Origin: the human T2T-CHM13v2.0 reference genome, Homo sapiens
DNA length: 64,000 bases
Strand: one strand, 5' to 3'
NCBI RefSeq assembly: GCF_009914755.1
Contig: NC_060935.1
Part shown: positions 24,976 through 38,049 of the stretch, piece by piece
How the letters are laid out: every line of letters starts with the position of its first letter
Numbering within the stretch: the stretch's first letter is position 1
Position numbers and translations under genes: made by a program
The notes under the pieces: generated by a model
Database searches by the model: none
What the model saw: the letters and a program-made list of their open reading frames with translations, nothing else
Told to the model about the DNA's origin: nothing

Positions 24976-26504
24976 AGTCAATTTCATAGTCAATCAATTA
25001 CTAAAATAAGGCTGCTTTCTAGACCTCCATCCAAGTCACTTCAACACTACAGCAATGTAGCTAAATCTGGTTTTGTGCTATCCAGTTTATCCCTTCCGTT
25101 TAAGTAAACTAAGTCTCATTATGAAGATGATTTGGGTATGTTAAGTACACACTCACAGTATTCATGTGTATTAAATGTTGAATTAATTACCCCCACTAGA
25201 AGTGGGCAGGGATAACAGCAGCTCTTGCTAAAACTGTTTAAATTTTGCTTCAAACTGTTGCCATAGATTTACCTAACATAAAGATTGTTTTGATTTCCTA
25301 AAGTACACACCATTAAATGGGTCCAAAGCCAGAGGAGCAGGAGACCACAAGATGGGAATAAAATTACAGTGGCGTGGTTACTTCACATTGAGTAATTAAG
25401 AAGCAACTATATTATAATATCTATTTTAATTCTGGCCATTTGCCAGCTATAACTTCTCTCACAGCAATAAGAAAAGTTGAGGAGCAAACCAAAATATTCA
25501 CCTGAATACAATGAGAAACACACAAGACAAGAATGGAAAAAAAAACCCTAAATCCAATTGACTAATGTTAGAGAAGAAATTTATAAAATTCAACGTATCT
25601 GGTAAGCTACCTACCAAAAGGAAAATCAGGAGCAGGTAGTGAGAAATCACCCAATATAGTCTCACAACCTTGTTAAAACTGTGAGATCATTATCCCATTG
25701 CCAGTTGTTCCCAAGAAATGGGCCTCTTCTTAAATATGGGGGACTGAATGCTGAGGGCCAGCCAGGGAAAACACTCCCAGCTCCACTGACATCTGACATG
25801 AATCACATCAGAACCTAAGACCTTTGCCCACAGCCATTAAAAATTGTGACAGTTCAACTGTGAAAATCTTCAGGTTCAAGCTTGGGTCTCAGACAGAAAA
25901 ATCCATCTCCCAACTACCTCATCAAAGTGTAGTGTTCAGCTTGACTTTTCCTATCCCTAGGCATCCGCTTTCTATAAACACAGCTCCCAGCATGATGGTG
26001 TCAATTAAATACCCACTTTCAATTACCTAATAGAAGAAAAAAAAGAAAAAAAGATCTTGTTACTTAGGAAGTTTTTTTTTTAACCAATTCTATGGATGTA
26101 GAAGTCTAGCATCTTAAAAGACACCTTAAATGACCATTTGCTTTCTATAAGCTGTTGCCTCAGATACAGTTGAGATTTATAAAAGTCCTAGGCAAGCTTC
26201 TTAGAAGCATACTAACATCAGCTGATAAAGAGTGTTTCTATTTTCCTTTGAATTAGACATCCCTTTCTCTGCTATAATCCTCTTTATATAGAGACTCCTT
26301 TTCTATTGAGCCAAGAGTGGAATAATTGCAAAAGCCTTGTCAGGGTGCCATACTGGAGAGACTTTCCATGTCTCCATTATCCCTCTACAAGTAGACAGTT
26401 TATTTTTTTTTAGTTTTTAAAAATTTATCATTTAAAAGCATGTTTAATCAGTTACTCAAATAATGCTGCTTTCTAAGTCACTTCATCAAATTTACTAAGG
26501 AAAA

Positions 26505-26642
26505 AATAATTATTTAAGGTGATGGATATCTCAATGACACTGATTTGGTCTTCACAAATAATATAAGTATATTAAATTAGGACATGTCCCCTGAAAACAT
26601 GTACATCAATTATATACCAATAAAACATACAAAATTAAAAAA
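26505..26642 (+). mobile_element. L1MA-type 3' end fragment
   Basis: aggtgatggatatctcaatgacactgatttg...catgtcccctgaaaacatgtac plus an A-rich tail. Confidence 0.7.
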
Positions 26643-27754
26643 CTTTAATAAAAGATCAACTATAAGATGGAATTGTTTAATAGCTATGACAATTTCTAGA
26701 AAGTTCTACTGCAGAGTTTTCCTTTTCTATATTTATAGAAGCATTTCAAGGAATAATCAACTTCTTAAAAACTATGGATATAAGTGGTTTAATTGTTTTA
26801 TTATATGTTTAATATTCAGAAAAGCATATTTATAGTCAACAGTTGCAATTTCAAGTATCCTATATATTCATCAAAAATATGAATTTGCTGAGAAAAGACA
26901 CAGAACAACCATAACAATGGGAACTGGTGAAATTGTGGTTACGATGTTTTAGAAATACAAATTTTAAGCTGATATACTCTTTGAATGGTTAGTAAAAGAA
27001 TGATAAAATGCCTAAAATTCAAAATATTTTAAATGACATTCAGAAGATGGAAAGATACTCAGATGCTTGAAATGACCCCTTCACACGTGACATGATAAAA
27101 TTTAACATGTTGCCAGAAGCACCAAATTGTGGCTAAGTCACTCTGGTTGTTAAAGAATGGTTAAACTAAAAAATAATAGAAAGTGACCTTAAAAACAGCT
27201 AAAGAAATCTGAAATGGCCAAAATCATCCTATGTCAGCTAATTTGTTATTATCTAGTATCTGGGACATGTATTAAGTGAGATTTGTCAACTCAGTAGCAG
27301 TGGGCTGACAGATTCAACATGAAAAGCAAAAACTGTCCAAAACAATGGAAAGGAAATAAGCAATGGAAAGGAAATAAGAGAACAGGACACTATCACATTT
27401 ACCTTACAGTTAAATCTATTCAATAGAAGTCCACATCTCCCTAGGATTCTTAAATCTCAATAAAATGAACATTTACTAAAATACTGCTCTTATGACAAAA
27501 TGAAAAAATTGTCATCTAAAGCTTCCCTAAAATATTCAAAAGCTTTTAAAACCACTCAATCTACTATGAATTTCGATTAACTTCATAAACAGCTACAAGA
27601 AAACAATGTTTTGGTAAATTTAGCACATTGATTTTTGGCAAGTTGGCTTCTGGCAAACTGGTCGTTTTATATATTGTTTATTTCAGCATATTGATTTTTA
27701 GCAATTTGGCTTCTTTCTGATACCTGGTGCCCTCAGAGAACAAGCTGGATAATC

Positions 27755-27985
27755 AAAGACTTATTTTTAGAAATATATCAAGTGCCAAGAGTCACTAGTT
27801 AGGAGACTGAGTATACATGGTGATTGAGACAGACATTGCCACCGACTTCATGGGAGATACAGCCTGTCAGGGAAGACAGACATTAAGTAAAAGTGACATA
27901 AATAATTATTTAGCTAGAATTTTAATAATGCTTAAAAAAAAACATGGTATGAAATGAGAGTGTCTGAGAGGAAGACCTGGTAGAT
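27755..27985 (-). mobile_element. L2 3' fragment
   Basis: agacagacattgccaccgacttcatgggagatacagcct...gggaagacagacattaa. Confidence 0.55.
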
Positions 27986-28720
27986 AACCTTTTATTTTTA
28001 ATTGATTTGTAATTAAAAATTATATAATAGAAAATGCAGTCTGGCCTGGTGAAACAGACAGGAGGACCAGTGCTGAGCATCATCATCAGTCAGGTGTGGG
28101 TGGCGTGGTAGGTTTGCAGAACCGACATAGACCATGGGCAGCACGCACTGCCTAAGGAGCAGTGACTGGCATCCATTAATGTCTCCAGTGTTCATCTTGT
28201 GCAGGGTCCTTTATGTTTTCCTCACATGCCTTAGAGTGGTCTTTGTCTTTAAAGTGACAGGCTCCACTTTCCATGTGCTTCTCTCTCACGGCTTACCTGC
28301 AGGCTCCAGTCTTCTCTCAGCCTGCAGCTTGCAACCCCCGTTGCCATTTGCCATGCCGCCACTGAGGCTGGCCTCCCCAGATCCTTTTCCTTGGCTGCTT
28401 TTTATTTTTATTCTTACACTTCTTTGTTGCTGGCTGTTCTTCTCAGGGTTCTCCGGGCTTTGAGAGAGCATGCTGGCCAGTGGTGGCACTCCTGTGCCTC
28501 TGCACAAGTGTACTGAACAACTGGGTCTCTGACACCTCCCAGGGAGTGGTTTTACATAGCTCTGGTGGTCTAGAGCTTCTCATCCCAAATACCATCTTCA
28601 TTAGAAATCTAAGGATTCTCGGAGGCTATTTCTGAAATCATCAATGTTTTACCTTAACTAATACCAGAAAACGAGTTGTCCATATTATTAAGAGGAGTTC
28701 TAAATAGTTAGAATTTGTTT

Positions 28721-28789
28721 TCTGTTTTTTGTTTGTTTGTTTGTTTAACTAGTCCTTGTGGAGCAGGGCTACCCCACAGGCAGTGTGCC
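28721..28789 (-). mobile_element. Very short retroposed sequence (~43-nt body plus A-rich tail) with 7-bp TSD
   Basis: TTTGTTT at 28714-28720 and 28790-28796 flanks a (TTTG)n tail and a GC-rich body. Confidence 0.55.
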
Positions 28790-29028
28790 TTTGTTTAAAA
28801 AAGATAAATGAAAGACGGGAGGAAACTATGTATGCCCTGTGATTAAGATGTATCTAAACAATATGTAAATAGCTGTGTTAAAAAAGCAGTCAATAGCACT
28901 AAGAGACAAAAATGTTTTTGCTTGCAGTGTTTACAAAGAAGTTTAGACTTCAGCAGAACTGGACTGCTGGAATAAAAGACACAGTCCAGGTTTTGGTGGG
29001 GTTTTTTGTTTGTTTTTTTAAAAATCGG

Positions 29029-29515
29029 CATATTTGTTTTCTGGGGCTGCTATAAAACAAATTACCACAAGCTTGTTGGCTTAAAACAACAAGAATTTAT
29101 TCTCTCAGAGTTTTAGAGGCTGGAAGTTCAACGTCAATTTCAGGAAGATCAATGTCAATTTCACTCACCTGAAATGAAGGTGTCAGCAGGGCCAGGCACC
29201 CTCTGGAGGTTCTGGGGAAGAATCCTTCCTTGCTTCTTGGAGCTTCAAGTAGCTGGCAGCATCCCTGACTTGTGGCCACATCCCTCTAATCTCTGTTTCT
29301 TCCTCTTCCGAGTGTAACCTCATCTGCCTGTGTCTCCTTTACAAGGACATTAGTGATGTCATCTATGGCCCACCAGGTTAATCCAGGATGATCTCCTCAT
29401 CTCAAGATCCTTAACTTAATCGCATTTGCAAAGACCCCTTTTTCAAATTAGCTGACATTTACAGGTTCTAGAGATTAGGATTTGATATATTTGGTTTCAT
29501 CATTCAACTCACTAC
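29029..29515 (-). mobile_element. MLT1C-like solo LTR
   Basis: gggctgctataaaacaaattaccac...ggcttaaaacaac...aatccaggatgatctcctcatctcaagatccttaacttaat. Confidence 0.85.
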
Positions 29516-29801
29516 ACAGGGGTTACATTGTTTCTGTTGAGAATCACAATTCACAGAAAGGGGCCCAAGTCTTTGCTTATCCTGAAGGTAGGGTGATTTG
29601 TTCTATGTGTTTCTTTCCAGATATAAAGTTGTTTTTTCCCGACTCTGCTACTGGTGCACTTGATCATCCTGGTAGAGGACAAGGTGCCAGCGCTGCTTTC
29701 TCAGTTGTGTGCTTGCAAACAAACTGACTGACAAACGCAGAGCACTCGATAAATGTCATTGTTATTATTGGTGTGGCTACATGCAGGAAAACAGCCTGAA
29801 A

Positions 29802-30212
<411 letters not shown>

Positions 30213-30552
30213 CCCAGACTGAAATTTTAAAAAAGAAAACACTAACATGATAATGGTAGTTAGTGAATGGAAGGATCAGGGGGTCATACTGCTTTAAAAA
30301 ATTACGTTGAAATTTAATTTAAAAAAAACATTTTTAAACATTCATTTAATCTGAATACTCTTGAGACTACAAGACTACTCTAAAATTTACTTAGTAAATT
30401 CTATGCTCAGAATCTATGAGAGTCTAGTGGTTATCTCTGGGTAATGGGATCATGAGTGATTTTTTAAAAATATTTTACTTTCCTGTTTTCATAATTTTGC
30501 TACATAAAACATACATAACATATATAAAAATTGATTAAAATTAATGTATTTG

Positions 30553-30836
30553 GGCCAGGTAGATCATGTGTGTAATCCCAGCATTTTGGGAGGCCGAGGT
30601 GGGAGAATCACTTGAGGCCTAGAGACCAGCCTTGGCAACATACTGAGACCCCCATCTCTACAAAAACCTTTAATAATTGGCCAGTCATGGTGGCTCATGC
30701 CTGTAGTCCTAGCTACTCAGAAGGCTGATGAGGGAGGATCGCTTGAGCCCAGGAGTTCAAGGCTGCAGTGAGCCATGATCACACCACTGTACTTCAGTCT
30801 GAGAGACAGAGTGAGATCGTGTCTCAAAAAGAAAAA
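30553..30836 (+). mobile_element. AluJ (Jo-like)
   Basis: ggaggatcgcttgagcccaggagttcaaggctgcagtgagccatgatc; TSD-like aaaattaat on both sides. Confidence 0.88.
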
Positions 30837-31722
30837 TTAATATATCAAAATTTTGATATATAAACTCTGAGCTTTAGAGTTTGCAATTAGTTTTATGTAC
30901 ATTATCACATTTACAGCTCCATGAGGTTTGACATTATTTGGCTATTTGGAAGGTGAGGACGTGAGCTGTACAGGGATCCAATCCAAGGCTGATGTAGCAA
31001 GGAAAGGAACAGGACCATAGTCCTTTTTATCTTGACTCCAAGTCTAGTGGTTTATACAGAATTTAAGTTACTGTGAAGTTAATGATACTCCTTATAAAAT
31101 GTATGTTTGCCTGCTTTTGAATTTGCGCTAGAAGAAAATTTTGCTCATCCAACCCCAGTCTCCATGTGGGATTCCTAGAAGTTTTCAAACCTGTTTATTA
31201 ATGTATTTTTAACATGTGTCAAAATTCTGCTTAGTTCCACAATCAATCATTATTTCTTGTAATTTCTGAAAAATGCCCATTTATGTCTTGAGACTATTCC
31301 ATTCAAATCTCAAAAAAGACTATTTTTAATCATGTAGTTTTTAAAATTTTTTTTTCATCCCCCTGCCTTTATCATAGGTCTTCTTATGCCTAAGAACTAA
31401 AGCAATTTCTTTAAAATGAGCAGAGCAGGTTCTTTCCATGATAGCTGACCCTTCATTATGAAATCGGGGGCTAAGTCAAATTCGGTTTTGTGTTGTCTTC
31501 CCTATCACCCACCCCTTCACCCACCAACTTGCATTTATTGAAGCAAAATGTTTCACAATATTTGTGGTGCTATTAGAATGTCCTTCAGTCCAACACCCTT
31601 TATCCTCCTCCTAAAGCTCAGCATTTTGCTATTGAATATGTAGATGTATGTAAGGAAGTTCATTGATGTTTTGCTTTCCAGTTACTCTCAAACCTGTAAA
31701 TATTTTTGAAGCCTTGAATAGA

Positions 31723-31924
31723 TCATTTGTTCATTATTGGTGCCAGTTTTACCTCCAGGGGACATTTAGAAATGCCTGGAGACAGTTTTTGGTTGTCACA
31801 ATAGCAGAGAGCAGGTACCTAGTCAGTAGGGAAAAGGATGGTGCCAGCCATCCTACAGGACAGCCCCCACAACAAAATTATATGACCCCAAATGTTCAAT
31901 ACTGCCCTTGTTGAGAAATATGGA
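31723..31924 (+). mobile_element. MER20 (hAT-Charlie)
   Basis: ccaggggacatttagaaatgcctggagacagtttttggttgtcacaa...caggacagcccccacaacaaa...gttgagaaa. Confidence 0.85.
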
Positions 31925-33019
31925 CCTAGATCAACACCACCCATCTTTCAATTCCATCTTATAGATGTTCACCTCCCCCAGAATACCACAGAGATACAGA
32001 CTTTACAAAACATGCACTTAAACAAGGAGTGGCAGCATCATTCAGCTGATCCAGGTTCCACCCTTACTTTTTCTTGGTGACCTATGCATAGCAAATGGCT
32101 TTCATATCATCTAAAGTCTAGGATAATGATAGTGTCTTACTCTCTGGTGGCTGAAGGATTTCTGTGAGGCCTTAGGTTCATTCTCTTGGGAAAAAAAAAA
32201 GCCCTTAAGGCAGTAAGAAGACCCCCCAAGGGCACAGTTAGCTATGCCTTCGTCTGTATCCTCTCTTTATATCTCTAACACAAAAGTTTGTTTGTTTGCT
32301 TGGTTTTTCTTTTTTAATAATTTAAGGGAGGTGCTTTAGTCTCCTCAGTAAATTATATTGTGTCATAATGCTAGTACCTAACATAATGACAACACATAAA
32401 AATTGCTTAATCAATGTTTGTTGAATGAATGACTTTAATTGTTCAGAGTTTCATGTTCAGTTATAGATCATGAATTCCAATTGCCTATAGTCTCCTGTCA
32501 CCTTCTTCAGATTTACTCTGTATTCTAACTTCTGTTTTACTTTTTCCACTGGTTTTATTTTTGCCCTTGGGGGATATTTTTTTATTCATTAAATTTACTA
32601 ATTTACTCACATCAATTTACTAATTGTTTCTTACGCTAGGTACTGTTAGCATTGTCAGAAATGTTTAAGGGGTGAGGAAGCAAAGATGAGTAAAGACAAT
32701 GTACAATTTAATTATAATACAGAGAGTGACTGAATGCTATTAGAATCTATTTATAGAAAGATCAAAATAAAATTTGAGACATAGAGGAAAAGCTTATAGA
32801 AGCGATATAACAATCAATGCTCCTGGAAGTGGGATGAGGTTTGAACAGGCATTTTTTTCATCCACTACTCACTCACTCACCTACTCATTAATCCTGTAAG
32901 CATATTTTGAGTGCCTGCTCTGTGGCTAAGGACACAAAAATGAATAAGATATTGCTTATACCCTCAATGCATTTATGGTTTAATATTTGAAAAAATTAAT
33001 GATAAACCTCTTCACAGCA

Positions 33020-33339
33020 AGCCATCATCTGACAGTAGAGAATCAGAGAAAAACATTGCTTCTAGATCAGATGGGTTTGCCATGAGAATCCTGGTTTCTC
33101 CATTGTTTCTGAGCTATACAACCTTGGGCAAATTTAAATTATGTCTCAATGTCCATATTTGTTACATGGGAATAGCAATATCTACCTCACAGAGATTTTA
33201 CTAGAATTAAAAGAAATAACATGTTAATTATTCAATAAACATTTATAGAGAACCCATTACTTTCCAGATACTAGGTTAAGCACTAGAGGTTAAGCACTGG
33301 GGATACAAAAACAAATGACCCTCCACCTGTCTTCCAAGG
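33020..33339 (+). repeat. Left arm of inverted duplication (MIR + L2 3'-end composite)
   Basis: Reverse complement of 36249-36571 at roughly 90% identity. Confidence 0.92.
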
Positions 33340-34769
33340 GACAGTTTGATAAGTGCTTTGGGAGACATCACAGAGCAGGTGTGCTTCACTTGGACGGTGG
33401 AAAGGTGATAAAGGACCACTTCCCTGTGGGATAACCACTGAGTTTGATGTTAAAAAACACTGGAAGTTAGACCCAGGAAAAAACTTCACCGCACAGGATG
33501 TTCCAGAAGTAAGAACAGCAGGCTTGCTGAGGGGCAGGTAGCTGACTGGAGCCTAGAGAGGAGGGAAGATGTGGAGTAGGGGAGACAGGGGCAGTGGTTA
33601 CACAAGGGTAGCAAAGACTGAGGCACAAGGCTGGATGTCAGAAGGCTACGTATGCCTTGTTAGACAGTGTGGATCCAACTGGGAGCCACTCTGGAAGAAA
33701 CAGGCTCAGTAACCACTTAATACATGAGTAAAACAAGTCTACATTCTGGAAGGTTTGGGGGAAGACTCAAGTGAACTGGGCACATTCTGATGTTACTAGC
33801 TGAAGCCTTGTACATGAAAGTTTAGGAAATCAATTTGAATAGGTAATATGAGGCAAGACTGTGATAGAATTTGGTGTCTTGGTGGTCTCTTGTCTACAAA
33901 ATGATTGATTGTTTTAGCACCATGTGTACAATGTCCTAGATGAGGAAAAGACTTGAGGCTTGAATACCAGATATGAGATTGTGACTTAGTTATCAAATTA
34001 TAGGGTCCAGGTCTAGGGTAGAGCAATCGAAGCATACATGCAGAGTTGGACAGCAGTCTTCTGAGAAGCATCATCAGTATGAGACAGAGAGGGTAGAGCC
34101 CACAGCTCTATAAGCTTAAGTAAATGAAAGCATGGTGGTCCCTAGGTTGAAAGGCCGATGTGACTTGAGAGAGAAGATATGAGTTGAGTTTGGCACGTTA
34201 TGTTTTAGATGCAAGGGGGGCAAAAAAGTGAAACTTCCTATTGAGACCTTAGATATATGGGATGAAATCTTGTGCAGGAAACTGAAGCTGTAGGTACAGA
34301 TTTGGGAATCCTCACAATAGAGATGATTGTTTAGGGGTATATAAATACTTCTTGATATTCTTTATTTCCATTTTTGAAAGGTTTTCTAATATTAATTAGG
34401 AGCTTTAGTCTGATATTCAATTAACAGAGCAGTGCTTTTAAGTACACTTTCCTTTGCTGCAAAGCATCTGTTTAATATGTGCTACTACCTAATATGCCAG
34501 GAAGCTCTGGTTCCCCAATAACTCTGTTATGATAAATTGGCACCTTTGGAAGTTATAGGAAGTTTTCCAGCCTCCAAAGTCCTCTCTGAGTATCTGATGT
34601 TTTAATTCAGAGGAGTACATTACTGGTTTAATTGTGGTAAGAATTCTTAATAACCAAACCCTGAGTATGGAGGTCTACCTGCTTCTTCTGGAAAAAGGAT
34701 TGTCTCTGGAAGGGAGAGAGAAGCAAGCTGTGGTTCAGTTTATGTCACCTGTGTCAGTGCGATACCACA

Positions 34770-35560
34770 TGTTTGAGAACCTAATGTGTATCCAGCACTG
34801 GCTTAGACACTAAGGATACAGCAAGTTCTTTTTGTTCCAAGTCCAGCAAACAAGCACAAGATGTGTAGAGAAGGGATTACATAGATGTCTGTTCCAAAGG
34901 CTGTTAAGCACTAGAAGAAGCAGAGGCTGACCTTGTCCAGGGCAGTAGGATTTTTTAAAATCGCAGTATAATGGCATGTTAACTGAACGCTAAAGTCTAA
35001 GTAACATTTACTCTGGAAGTTAAATGAGATAATGTCGGTTGGTTATCATAATAATAATGCACTAGAAAATAAAGTCAATTAATTTGTTTTAAAAAAGCAA
35101 TGCTCTTATTTGCTTGGAACACTATAAGTACTCAAAAATGAAGAAAAAGAAAAGTAGACATTTGCCAGGTAGTCAGGGAGAAAAAGGAACAATGTATATA
35201 TTCCAGAGAGAAGGAACAAGGTGTGTGTAACAAAACCAGACAGACAGGAAGAGTAGGCACAGCGTGTATGTTTGTTGGGAGAGCATACTGAAAATATTGG
35301 TAAACAAATTATCATATTTGCTTTACAAAATGATCCCTGAGCCTGCAAAAAGGAGCATGGCTTGTGGATAGAGGAAGATCGGATAAAAGGAGACCAGTCA
35401 GGAGGCTATAGACCAGGTCTAGATAAGAATGAATGGGGATCTGAACTAAGGTAGGGGATGGAGAAGAGAGGATAGATTTTAGATAGTTCTAGGTGGTAGA
35501 ATTAATAGAACTTGGTGGCTAATTAAATGTGATAATAAACAGGCAAAGAGGATTCTAGAA
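34770..35560 (-). mobile_element. L2 fragments
   Basis: cctaatgtgtatccagcactggcttagacactaaggatacagc...ggagaccagtcaggaggcta...ggtagaattaatagaacttggtgg. Confidence 0.6.
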
Positions 35561-36045
35561 CACCTCCCTGCAGGAACTCCCGGTAAAGTTTGAGCATGTC
35601 ATGTCTGACTTAGGGCATGCATATCTGAAACCACCTGTGCTGAATGACAAGCCTGATTTTTCCAGCACCAATGCTCTTCTTGATTGTTTGCTTGACACTT
35701 TGGGAAGTAGCATTAACACTCTCAGGTCACTAGGGGGCTAATCATAGCCATTTTCATGATTGCAATTCTGAATTGGAGTTTTCAGAGAATAATCATGGCA
35801 GTTCACATAAGGGTCTTTCCTGGAAGAGGCTCTCACTGTCTTTGGACAATGTCATTTGCATTAAGACCATTCCATGAGGCTAGTGTCATAAAAATCATTA
35901 CTTATATAGCTTTTGCTCTCAAATCTTTAGTCATTCCAGAGGTCTACTGAATACTAAATTATTTGTTCATTCCAGCTGTAAATGTGTTAAGCTGATGGAC
36001 ACAAACTATTCACAAGTGAATGACTAGAAGGATGGATGGATGAGC

Positions 36046-36046
<1 letters not shown>

Positions 36047-36090
<44 letters not shown>
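36047..36090. repeat. (TAGA)11 tetranucleotide STR
   Basis: Perfect run, preceded by a short (GGAT)n. Confidence 0.95.
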
Positions 36091-36248
36091 AATTAATGAC
36101 AGCAGTTAGTGCTCTATTTGCATGAACATGTTAACAATTTTAAAGAAAAATTAATTTACAATGATTTAGTAAAACCATAAACCTGCGTTTAAAACCTATA
36201 TTGGCTAAACGTAAAACACTGTGTTGGACTATTACATACTAGATTCAG

Positions 36249-36571
36249 CCTTTAGAAGACATAGGTGGAGGGTTATTTATGTTTGTATATCCAGTGCTTA
36301 ACCTCTAGTGCTTAACCTAGTATCTGAAAGTAATGGGTTCTCTATATATGTTTGTTGAATAATTAACATGTTATTTCATTTAATTCTAGTAACATCTCTG
36401 TGAGGTAGATATTGCTATTCCCATGTAACAAATATGGATATTGAGACATAATTTATATTTGCTCAAGGTTGTACAGCTCAGAAGCAGTGGAAAAACCAGC
36501 ATTCTTATGGCAAACCTGTCTGATCCAGAAGCAATGTTTTTCTCTTACTCTCTACTGTTGTGAAGATGGCT
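36249..36571 (-). repeat. Right arm of inverted duplication
   Basis: Reverse complement of 33020-33339, including the shared ggttaagcact tandem duplication. Confidence 0.92.
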
Positions 36572-37979
36572 CTTTGAAGGCACTGTCTGATCCTTCTTGA
36601 GCTTCTGCACAGTTCCTAGTTGGGAGCTGAGTTACTCTTTCAGATCATAGAGAAGTCTCATTCTTGGCAACCAAACTGTTGTGCTGACCCAGACATTTTA
36701 TATCTGGAGCTGCCATTTGAGAGTCGCCAGCAGAGGGTTCAAGTTCAGGTAAGCCACAGCCTACCAGTTTTGGGAAATGATAAGGATAATGACATTCCTG
36801 ACCCCAGCCTTCCAAGATGCTCACCAAGCCCAAATGTGCACCTGTTCAGAGCAAGCCATAATTCCTCACCTCAGACCACGAACCATGTTCAGGTAATCAT
36901 GAAGATGATTCCCATTGATTCAGTAGGACCCAATTACACTGCAAAAGAGTGAAATTGAGTAGAAGAATGGCATTTGGGGACAGAATTGTTAAGTAACGAA
37001 AAAGAAGTAATGGCAATTGACCCTTGAGGTGTCTGATCAGACCCACACAAGACTGCTAGGAAAATAAATTAGTTGTAAGGGATCTATACCTTCTCTGTGA
37101 ACCCCAGGCCATTAGCATTGTCCTTTCAATTTCTCCAGAAAGTTCTCAGGCTTCATTTAGCTACTGATACTGTAGAAATTTCATTTTTAGGAAGAAAGTC
37201 ATAAATATAGCAACACCTATACTCTTTTGAAAAGGAAAGATTCCTAGTATCTGGGCAATAAAGTGAGAATTTGATTCATTTATTTAAAAGATCTCTCAGG
37301 TACAAATTCAGTCACTTCTAGGGTGGTCTTTTATTTTTTTCCTTTTATGTCTGTAAAAAGAGATATGATCCTCCCACTCCTGCCCATCTCACTGATGTCT
37401 TTAGAAAGCTGGAACCAGAGTCTGATTACAGACATTTGTTGCCATGAAGACACAACGGAACGTGGTTAAGGGAGAAGAAAGAGCCTTAACTATGAATTAT
37501 TTTCCTGTGATGGCTAATTTTTTTTCTCTTATACCTTTCCAAAAAGGTGGCAAGGTGACATCTATTTAGAATGTATTTAATTGCAACTTTCAGAAGACTG
37601 AAACAGTAATATCTCACAGAATCCTCAGTCACAATTCAAAATGTTTGGAAAAGCAGAAGATGAAGTGTACTCTCAGCAGAGGGGAAAGAAATTGAAATTT
37701 CAAGTAATCTGCCTAGTCTGCTGATTACACTGTGTGACGGAGGATATACCAGCCCTTGATTTTTGTCTCTGATTTCCATTCATCTGAGGTCCTTTCCTTA
37801 TGATCAGGGACTCTGTGGGTAGCCATGGTACTTAAAATCTAAGGAATAGCAAAGAGAATTTTCTTCTATTATAAAGTGGTGGTGTCAGATGAAGTAATTG
37901 GATCCTAATCCCTATTTACAGCAATTCAAAGACAGATTAAAAACCTCACCCAAAGCATCTTCCTAAACCACAGTCAAAT

Positions 37980-38049
37980 GGTGTGTGTATATATACATCA
38001 CTGTGTACGTGTGTGTGTGTGTGTCTGTGTGTGTGAGAGAGAGAGAGAG
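37980..38049. repeat. Compound (TG)n/(GA)n microsatellite
   Basis: Directly visible. Confidence 0.85.

Noticed and set aside
28472-28492. CTCF-like ggccagtggtggcac
   Set aside because: Mismatches at several core positions.
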